Shown: piece after piece, positions 1 to 5,933 of the stretch
How positions within the stretch are numbered: the stretch's first letter is position 1
Layout: the number at the start of each line of letters is the position of its first letter
NCBI GenBank assembly: GCA_036351155.1
Contig: JAZBOO010000125.1
Span: 1-10,244 of the forward strand
DNA from: Candidatus Krumholzibacteriia bacterium
Lineage (GTDB): Bacteria; Krumholzibacteriota; Krumholzibacteriia; LZORAL124-64-63
Direction: 5' to 3'
DNA length: 10,244 nucleotides
Program-made: the position numbers and the translations under genes
The notes under the pieces: generated by a model
What the model was told of the DNA's origin: nothing
Database searches by the model: none
Seen by the model: the letters and a program-made list of their open reading frames with translations, nothing else

Positions 1-3
1 ACC

Positions 4-2049
4 CTACCGCTCAACCGGCAACGGCTCCTCCGCGCCATACGCGCTCTTGTCCCCCATCAGGTAATAGCGGAACCAGTCCACCTCGCGCGACTGGTAGTCC
101 ATCATGTGACTGGGTTTGTTGATGCCGTGACCCTCGCCGGGGTAAAGCACCAGGCGCGAAGGCACACCGTTGAGCTGCAGGTAGCTGAACATCTCGATGG
201 ACTGCCGCGGATCCACCGGCTCGTCATCGGTGCCGTGCATGACCAGAGTGGGCGTGGTAATGCGGTCGGCACGCGAGGCGGGACTGTGCTCCCACATCCG
301 CTGCAGATCGTGATCCCAGGCGCGCTGGTAGCTGTCGATGAACAGCTGGGGATTGTTCTGACCCATGGCCGACACGTAGTTCCAGATCCCCGCGATGGAC
401 ACCGCAGCCTTGAATCGGTCGGTGCGGCTGACCACGACATCGGTCATCAGGCCGCCATAGCTGTAACCGGTGAAGCCCAGGCGGTCGGCGTCGAAAGTGC
501 CGCGATCCACCATGGCATCGATGGCGGCCATGATGTCCAGGTAATCATCGGTGCCGAAGTTGCGGTACACGCCGCGCAGGAACTCTGCCCCGTAGCCCGT
601 GCCGCCCCGGGGGTTGACAATCATCACCGCAAAACCTTGACGCGAGAGCACTTGCCAGGGATAACGCGTGGTCCAGGCATTGCCGTAGCGCGAGTAGGGC
701 CCGCCGTGCATCTCGATGATGGCCGGGAGCTTGTCTTTTTCGCCGGCGCCCGGCGGCAGGAACAGGAAGGCGTCGACAAAGCCCCCGTCGTGACCGGGCA
801 GGCGCAGCTTCTTGGCCGGTTTCAGATCATACCTGGCCACCGCATCATCGGTGGAGGCCAGGGCTTTCATGCGCTTGCGGGGCGTGCCGACAAACAAGGT
901 GCCCGGCTTGTCCAGGGCCGTCTCCAGGTACGCCAGGGTGCCCCCCGCATGGCTCATGGCCGCCGCGCTGCCGTCCAGGTCAGTCACCTTGACCATGACC
1001 AGATCCTGGGTGTCGACCATGTACACATCCAGATCGGTCTGATCGGCGGCACGCAGAAAGATGGCCCGGCCATGATCGGCCCACACCGGGGCCTCGGCGG
1101 GCGTGCTGCCCGTCCCCCCCAGGGCCAGGGCGTGATCCGGGGTCACGTTGACGGTTTCGCCCGAGGACAGTTCCCGCACCACCAGATCCTTCAGGTTCAG
1201 ATAGGCGCGAAAAGCCACCTCGCGATCGGTATAGTAGGCCAGCTTCTTGCCGTCCGGCGAGAAGGCCGCCAGGCTGCTGTGCCGATCGGCCGAGGTGATG
1301 GTTTCGGTGTCGCCGGTGGCCACATCGATCAGGGCGATCTGCTGATCCTCATCCACCAGACTGCTGAAGCGGGCATTGTAGGTCACCGCCAGGGTGGAGC
1401 CGTCGGGTGACCAGGCGGCATGATAGGGGTGCCAGGGGGCACTGGTCAGCTGGCGAGGTTCGGCGGTGGGCGCCGGCCCGTCGTGCCCTGCCTCGACCAC
1501 CCAGAGCTGATCGTACTCGTCAGGTTGTTCCAGACGGTCGTACACCGTCCAGTCGGCACGGTCGTCCTCTTCGTCTTCCTCTTCCTCGACACTCCCCGGA
1601 GCCAGATAGGCCAGCAGAGTCCCATCGGGGGACCACCAGTAGTCACTCAAGCCGTCGGCCAGGTCGGTCACCGGGCGGGGTTCACTGCCGTCCAGGGGGT
1701 TGATCCACACCTGGGCCAGATCTTCCTGCGTCCTGATGAAGCTCAACTGCCCGTTGGGCCGCCACTGAAGTCCTCCGGTGCTCACGTCGGTGAAGGTGAG
1801 CTGGCGCACCTCACCGGAATCCACCTCACCAAGCCAGAGCCGGGTCACGTACGTGTCTTCGTCCAGGTCGCGGAAGCGCTGGCGCCAGGCCACCCGGCTG
1901 CCATCGGGCGAAACCACGGGACCGGTGATGGTGGGCACCTGCAGGAAAGCTTCGAGAGTGAACTCTTCAGGATGGGAATCCTGGGCCAGCCCAGGCAGAA
2001 TATTCAGGGCCATGGCGGTGATGACAATCATCAGGACGCGAGCAAACAC
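4..2049 (-). CDS. S9 family peptidase (dipeptidyl aminopeptidase/acylaminoacyl peptidase-like), secreted; beta-propeller plus alpha/beta hydrolase
   Basis: 681-aa ORF with GTG start and SD GGAGGT at 2059-2054. N-terminal signal peptide (MFARVLMIVITAMALNILPGLA-Q), repeated WSPDG/SPDG propeller motifs, HGGP, catalytic GYSYGG, HGTDDEPV (Asp) and EGHG (His). Confidence 0.95.
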   Translation of the reverse strand: MFARVLMIVITAMALNILPGLAQDSHPEEFTLEAFLQVPTITGPVVSPDGSRVAWRQRFRDLDEDTYVTRLWLGEVDSGEVRQLTFTDVSTGGLQWRPNGQLSFIRTQEDLAQVWINPLDGSEPRPVTDLADGLSDYWWSPDGTLLAYLAPGSVEEEEDEEDDRADWTVYDRLEQPDEYDQLWVVEAGHDGPAPTAEPRQLTSAPWHPYHAAWSPDGSTLAVTYNARFSSLVDEDQQIALIDVATGDTETITSADRHSSLAAFSPDGKKLAYYTDREVAFRAYLNLKDLVVRELSSGETVNVTPDHALALGGTGSTPAEAPVWADHGRAIFLRAADQTDLDVYMVDTQDLVMVKVTDLDGSAAAMSHAGGTLAYLETALDKPGTLFVGTPRKRMKALASTDDAVARYDLKPAKKLRLPGHDGGFVDAFLFLPPGAGEKDKLPAIIEMHGGPYSRYGNAWTTRYPWQVLSRQGFAVMIVNPRGGTGYGAEFLRGVYRNFGTDDYLDIMAAIDAMVDRGTFDADRLGFTGYSYGGLMTDVVVSRTDRFKAAVSIAGIWNYVSAMGQNNPQLFIDSYQRAWDHDLQRMWEHSPASRADRITTPTLVMHGTDDEPVDPRQSIEMFSYLQLNGVPSRLVLYPGEGHGINKPSHMMDYQSREVDWFRYYLMGDKSAYGAEEPLPVER

Positions 2050-2085
2050 GGCGACCTCCGGAAAAGGAAGAGGGGCAAAAAAGGT

Positions 2086-2091
2086 ATTATG
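2086..2091 (-). promoter_or_regulatory. Possible sigma70 -10 element (CATAAT) for the S9 peptidase
   Basis: CATAAT on the minus strand 36 nt upstream of the GTG start; no convincing -35. It overlaps a plus-strand TATTAT at 2085-2090. Confidence 0.35.
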
Positions 2092-2148
2092 GAAGCTGAA
2101 GAGCAGGGAGGAAACAAATTTTCGAGGCCTGGACCACCGGGTGATATT

Positions 2149-2208
2149 GAAAGACCGGACGATCCAGCGGCAGCCTCGCCCAGTCTGCGCCTTCTTGTCC
2201 GGTCTTTC
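2149..2208. repeat. Inverted repeat / long hairpin IR1
   Basis: GAAAGACCGGAC (2149-2160) is the exact reverse complement of GTCCGGTCTTTC (2197-2208). Inner GCAGCCT/AGTCTGC pairing extends the stem. Confidence 0.85.
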
Positions 2209-2223
2209 TGATTATTTGCTTGT

Positions 2224-2318
2224 CCTGGTCATCGGCTGCATCAAAAACAAAGAAAAAGATTCAAAGATATGAAATGTCATGGGTTGGAGGTGCCCGCCGG
2301 ATGCTGCCGATGACCAGG
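2224..2318. repeat. Inverted repeat IR2 (19 bp, 1 mismatch, 57-nt loop)
   Basis: CCTGGTCATCGGCTGCATC (2224-2242) and GATGCTGCCGATGACCAGG (2300-2318) are 18/19 complementary. Confidence 0.9.
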
Positions 2319-2349
2319 GGTATATCCCTCGGTTCCATCCACCTTACAC

Positions 2350-2500
2350 TTGTAAATGTCGTGACCTCCCCAGGTGTTGCACCTCGAATGAAAATTGTAT
2401 CTCGCTGTGACAATGGCTCGCCACCTGCTATAATGAATTAAAGAAAAAACCCATTTTCCCCTCGAGGTGCAACACAAGTGCCCCCCCGCGACATTTACAA
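2350..2500. repeat. Bipartite inverted repeat IR3 (perfect 12 bp + perfect 14 bp) flanking the ECF promoter and overlapping its RBS/start
   Basis: TTGTAAATGTCG (2350-2361) pairs with CGACATTTACAA (2489-2500). GTGTTGCACCTCGA (2374-2387) pairs with TCGAGGTGCAACAC (2462-2475). The spacers (12 and 13 nt) are unrelated. Confidence 0.92.
2407..2434 (+). promoter_or_regulatory. sigma70-type promoter for the ECF operon
   Basis: GTGACA (2407-2412), 16-nt spacer, perfect TATAAT (2429-2434) with extended -10 TG at 2426-2427; 43 nt upstream of the GTG start. Confidence 0.75.
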
Positions 2501-3242
2501 CTGGGAAGAGGAGAAAGAGGCCAGGCCCCCAGGTCATCAGGCCGAAGACCAGCATGCCTTTGATCCGGCCCTGGCCCATGAGCTGGAGATCGAAAAAAAG
2601 TGGCTGCTGACGGCTCGGATCGATCCGGAACAGTTCACCTTGTTTTTCGACAAGTACCACGATCGGATTTATGCCTACGCCTTCTGGGTACTGGGCAACC
2701 CCGATGACGCCGCGGACCTGACCAACCAGACCTTCGCCCTGGCCTGGCAAAAGCTGGGACGGTTCCGCTGGCAAGGGTACACGTTTGGAGCCTGGCTGTT
2801 TCAGCTGGCCCGCAACGAGATCAGGAATCACCAGCGGCGGGAGAGTTACCGGCAGACCGAGGAGTATCTCGAGGATACGGACTCTCGGGTGGCCTCGGAA
2901 AATCCCGAGATCGTCCTGGCCAGCAAGACCGAGCAGCAGTTGTTGAGAGTGTGCCTGGCGCGCCTCCACCCTGTCCGCTATGAAGTTTTCGTTATGTTCT
3001 ACTGGGTGGGGCTGGACGCGCACCAGATTGCCACCGTGACGAAGATGGCCCACAGCACCGTGCGCAGTCATCTGAAGCGGGGGCGGGAACAGCTGGTGCA
3101 GTATTTGAAAGAACATGAAAAACAGCTGGGCCCACAGTGGCGAAAAGCGATGCAGGAACAGTTGATGGCTCATAGCAAGTTGCGCTTGCTGGACCATGTC
3201 GGGCATGATCCCCGTGGCCAAGAGGGAGACGGCGTCACATGA
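2478..3242 (+). CDS. ECF-family RNA polymerase sigma-70 factor with N- and C-terminal extensions
   Basis: Region 2 (DKYHDRIYAYAFWVLGNPDDAADLTNQTFALAWQKL...FGAWLFQLARNEIRNHQRR) and region 4 HTH (LARLHPVRYEVFVMFYWVGLDAHQIATVTKMAHSTVRSHLKRGREQL). SD GAGGT at 2464-2468 before GTG. Confidence 0.92.
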   Translation: MPPRDIYNWEEEKEARPPGHQAEDQHAFDPALAHELEIEKKWLLTARIDPEQFTLFFDKYHDRIYAYAFWVLGNPDDAADLTNQTFALAWQKLGRFRWQGYTFGAWLFQLARNEIRNHQRRESYRQTEEYLEDTDSRVASENPEIVLASKTEQQLLRVCLARLHPVRYEVFVMFYWVGLDAHQIATVTKMAHSTVRSHLKRGREQLVQYLKEHEKQLGPQWRKAMQEQLMAHSKLRLLDHVGHDPRGQEGDGVT

Positions 3243-3268
3243 CGCCAAAGGGCTGGGAGGAAACAATA

Positions 3269-3940
3269 ATGACGGACTCATGGGAAAAAATTATCAGACA
3301 GGGGGCGCCTGAAGTTCCGGATTCCAGGCTGGCCCACCGGACCAATCGCGCCCTGATGATGGAGCGGATGCGCAGGGACTTGCCGCGCCGAAAACGATCC
3401 TACCGCCTGCAGGTGGCCACCGGTGGTCTGGCCATGGTCATCTTTTTCACCGGCCAGGTCAGCGACGTGGGCAGTGATGCCTGGGATTTCGAGATCCGGG
3501 AAATCACCCACGCCGGGGGAAAAACCGACCAGGTCTTCGACCGCGAGTTCGGCAATGGAACCGTCAACGCCGGGTCTGAGGACCAGGCCCGGGACATCTT
3601 CATCAACAAGATGATCCGCGATGGAGAGGTGCTCAAGGCCGTGGGTCTGGAGGTCCATGGACAGGTCCAGTGGTACCTGATCGCCGAGGTCATGGCCGAT
3701 GGTGAACCCGTGAAAACGAACTGGGAAACGAAAAATCCGCCCACCCAGAGCAATCCCGACCACGCGAAAATCATCATGAACGGTCTCTACCGTGAGATCC
3801 TTCAGGCCAGGAAATCCCAGCCCTGCCAGTATTCAAGGGCCATGAAGCTGGACGAATTCAATTTTGAAATGAAAACCTGGGTATTCGAAGATACGCCCTT
3901 CGGAGTGGTCAAGTACCACCACGGGACTCCTATCCGTTGA
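3269..3940 (+). CDS. Probable single-pass membrane anti-sigma factor (hypothetical protein)
   Basis: Directly after the ECF gene. ATG 3269 has SD GGAGG (3256-3260); alternative ATG 3239 overlaps the ECF stop as ATGA. Short N-terminal part, basic RRKR cluster, hydrophobic VATGGLAMVIFFTG segment, then a ~160-aa predicted extracytoplasmic domain. Function inferred from position and topology only. Confidence 0.65.
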   Translation: MTDSWEKIIRQGAPEVPDSRLAHRTNRALMMERMRRDLPRRKRSYRLQVATGGLAMVIFFTGQVSDVGSDAWDFEIREITHAGGKTDQVFDREFGNGTVNAGSEDQARDIFINKMIRDGEVLKAVGLEVHGQVQWYLIAEVMADGEPVKTNWETKNPPTQSNPDHAKIIMNGLYREILQARKSQPCQYSRAMKLDEFNFEMKTWVFEDTPFGVVKYHHGTPIR

Positions 3941-4106
3941 CCTCCAGGTCGATGCCCATGTTGACCATCGTGTAGTCCGCAGCGGGTGCCGGCTTTTCTT
4001 CCTTGTCCGCAGAACGCTTGCAGGTGCAAACGCACGTTTCCTGGGACGGCGTTTTCTCTCCAGGTACAGGGCAATCCTTCGTCTTCGTTTCCAGCTTGGT
4101 GTACAT
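3930..4106 (-). CDS. Putative RiPP precursor peptide, 58 aa, with CxCxC motif
   Basis: ATG 4106 with SD GAAAGGA (4120-4114) 7 nt upstream; 25 nt after the rSAM stop on the same strand. MYTKLETKTKDCPVPGEKTPSQETCVCTCKRSADKEEKPAPAADYTMVNMGIDLEVNG. Confidence 0.75.
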   Translation of the reverse strand: MYTKLETKTKDCPVPGEKTPSQETCVCTCKRSADKEEKPAPAADYTMVNMGIDLEVNG

Positions 4107-4131
4107 CAGCAAGTCCTTTCATGGCCAGCGG

Positions 4132-5604
4132 TCAATCCACCACCGTCTCATCAAGCCAGGCCCTCGCATTGTCGGGCATCAACAGAATTTTGGCAAGATC
4201 GCCCAGGTCCTCCTCCAGCCGTTTTCGCATCCTGAAGCAGGCCTTATTCCCGGCCTGGGGATCCCCGGCCGGCAACGCCTGGTGCGTGGCAAAGCAGTTG
4301 CCGCACAAACGGATAGCCCAGCAGGACTGACACGCATCCACGAAGCTATCGTGGAACGTCCGCCTGAGTTCGGTGACGGCGTGCCGGTGGAATCCCATGG
4401 CCAGACTCCCGATGACCGCCGCGGTTCCCATTTTTTCGCAGGGCTGGAACTGGCCGGATGCCGTGACGTGGAGCTTGCGCTGGCCGGGGCGGCAGTTGCC
4501 CCCCGGAGAGAACACCTTGCCCAGCGGAGAGCGGGATCGGTGATGCAACTTGATGATCCCGGGCTCAAACAATGCCCGAAAAACCGGCCCCACCTGGTGG
4601 CGCTCCCCGGCCCTGACCGCTTCCAGGTAGGCAGCCCTGGCCTGACGCAGCTGGCGGCGTAGATCGGACCACCCGTCCTTGCCAGCTGGAGAAGTGGAGC
4701 CTTCAAGATCCGCGACATTGACTCTCAGCCGGGGTGTTTCCTTCACGCCGTGGGCCACAAAGGGAGGAAAGGCTGCAAAGAAGGAGGAGATCGCGTCCAG
4801 ATCAGACTCGGGCGTCAGGGTGACCACGAAGGATAGCCGTGCGGCCACCCCGGGGTCGCGGGAAAGAAGTCGATCCAGGTTTTCCATGATGGTCGCCTGG
4901 GTGGGGCGCCCCATCCGGTCCCCTCGCCAGCGGTCGTGGATTTCCGGGGGCCCATCCAGGCTCACCTGAAGGAATACATTTTCCCTCAGGATCCGATCCA
5001 TCATCTGTTGATCCATCAGGGTCCCGTTGGTGTCGACGGCCAGCATGACCTCCGGGCCCCGCGGATGGCCACTGACAGCCGCGATGACGCTCTCCAGGAT
5101 TTCCGGGACCAGCAGCGGTTCACCGCCGTAGAAAGAAATCACCGGAGCCTGGTCCGGGTCGGCACGATCCAGGAAAAACCGGGTGGACTCGGCGGCTGTT
5201 TCCGGGGTCATGTCCCGGTCCCCATGGGGGCGAAATCCCTCACGGCCCGCTGAATGGAAGCAATACCGGCAGCGCAGATTACAGCGTTCGGTCACCGACA
5301 GGATCAGCTGCCGCAGGCCCTGATCAAGACCGGGACCAGCCGGCGGGCATGGAATCAGTTGAACGGTGCGTGGGAGGAACAGCCCGTCCTCTTTCTGGCC
5401 GGTTTTCAGGGCCTCTTTCGCCTCGAGAACCTCCGCGGCGGAGAAGTCCCCACCCCTTGAGTTGCGCAGCAGGTGGGCCAGAACCGGTTCCAGGGTCAGG
5501 ATCATACTGGTGTTCACATCATAGGCAAACCAGCGGCCATCACGCTCAAAGACGTGGACAAAAGGGTCCTGGGTGTCCTCGGAGTGTTTGGGGGTCCCAT
5601 TCAT
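4132..5604 (-). CDS. Radical SAM/SPASM peptide maturase, CcpM-like (Cys-rich peptide maturase)
   Basis: CNLRCRYC (CxxxCxxC), FYGGEPLL, TNGTL, VSLDGP. SPASM Cys pattern C-x17-C ... C-x2-C-x5-C-x2-C-x18-C with PGGNCRPGQRKLHV..G.F.PCEK. N-terminal FVHVFERDGRWFAYDVNT is RRE-like. Start set at ATG 5604; the ORF is open to 5655. Confidence 0.9.
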   Translation of the reverse strand: MNGTPKHSEDTQDPFVHVFERDGRWFAYDVNTSMILTLEPVLAHLLRNSRGGDFSAAEVLEAKEALKTGQKEDGLFLPRTVQLIPCPPAGPGLDQGLRQLILSVTERCNLRCRYCFHSAGREGFRPHGDRDMTPETAAESTRFFLDRADPDQAPVISFYGGEPLLVPEILESVIAAVSGHPRGPEVMLAVDTNGTLMDQQMMDRILRENVFLQVSLDGPPEIHDRWRGDRMGRPTQATIMENLDRLLSRDPGVAARLSFVVTLTPESDLDAISSFFAAFPPFVAHGVKETPRLRVNVADLEGSTSPAGKDGWSDLRRQLRQARAAYLEAVRAGERHQVGPVFRALFEPGIIKLHHRSRSPLGKVFSPGGNCRPGQRKLHVTASGQFQPCEKMGTAAVIGSLAMGFHRHAVTELRRTFHDSFVDACQSCWAIRLCGNCFATHQALPAGDPQAGNKACFRMRKRLEEDLGDLAKILLMPDNARAWLDETVVD

Positions 5605-5610
5605 GGAGGG

Positions 5611-5639
5611 ATTATGGCCTGCTGCTCCGCTGTTGTCTC
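5611..5639 (-). promoter_or_regulatory. Candidate sigma70 promoter giving a leaderless rSAM mRNA
   Basis: GAGACA (5639-5634) - 17 nt - CATAAT (5616-5611) - 6 nt - ATG (5604). No SD before this ATG. Confidence 0.5.
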
Positions 5640-5800
5640 CCCTGATTTTCCTCACCGATTCCCCGAAAACTGTGGCACAATTCCCTCGCTTTCTTTTCCT
5701 TCATAAGAGACCCTGAAGTGGGGTTCGCCAGGGGGCTTGAGCGGCCCGGGCCATGCATCGCATCTCATGATTTTTCACCGTTTTTGCCCTGCCTGTCGTT

Positions 5801-5817
5801 CCGGCACGTCCCTTGCG
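5801..5817 (+). promoter_or_regulatory. sigma54 (-24/-12) promoter upstream of prkA
   Basis: CCGGCACGTCCCTTGCG: GG (5803-5804)-N10-GC (5815-5816), close to the TGGCACGnnnnTTGC consensus. E. coli yeaGH is known to be sigma54/NtrC-controlled. Confidence 0.65.
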
Positions 5818-5933
5818 AAATTGAAGACTAACTGGGAGACAGGAATTTTTTTCCGCGCCCTCGTGTATACGATCGACGCGGCTTGATACTGGATGAAATG
5901 AAACCGACCCCTAAGGAGCCAAGGGAGACCATC

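Noticed and set aside
2261..2338. 25-aa minus-strand ORF MEPRDIPLVIG..., superficially like the ECF N-terminus MPPRDI
   Set aside because: The SD-like sequence abuts the ATG, the ORF is very short, and the similarity covers only four residues.
2149..2500. Inverted repeats as CRISPR, attC or retron msr-msd
   Set aside because: No regularly spaced direct repeats, no clear RYYYAAC/GTTRRRY ends, and no cas, integrase or reverse transcriptase gene in the window.
3802..4122. 106-aa minus-strand ORF as an alternative product downstream of the rSAM gene
   Set aside because: No SD, and it runs deep antisense into the anti-sigma gene; the SD GAAAGGA is positioned for ATG 4106 in another frame.
5673..5689. 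Second sigma54-like TGGCAC site
   Set aside because: GG-to-GC spacing is N12 rather than N10, and there is no TTGC.
5883..5933. Upstream TTG start of prkA given by the ORF track
   Set aside because: ATG 5934 has a well-spaced AAGGGAG SD; the TTG has none.
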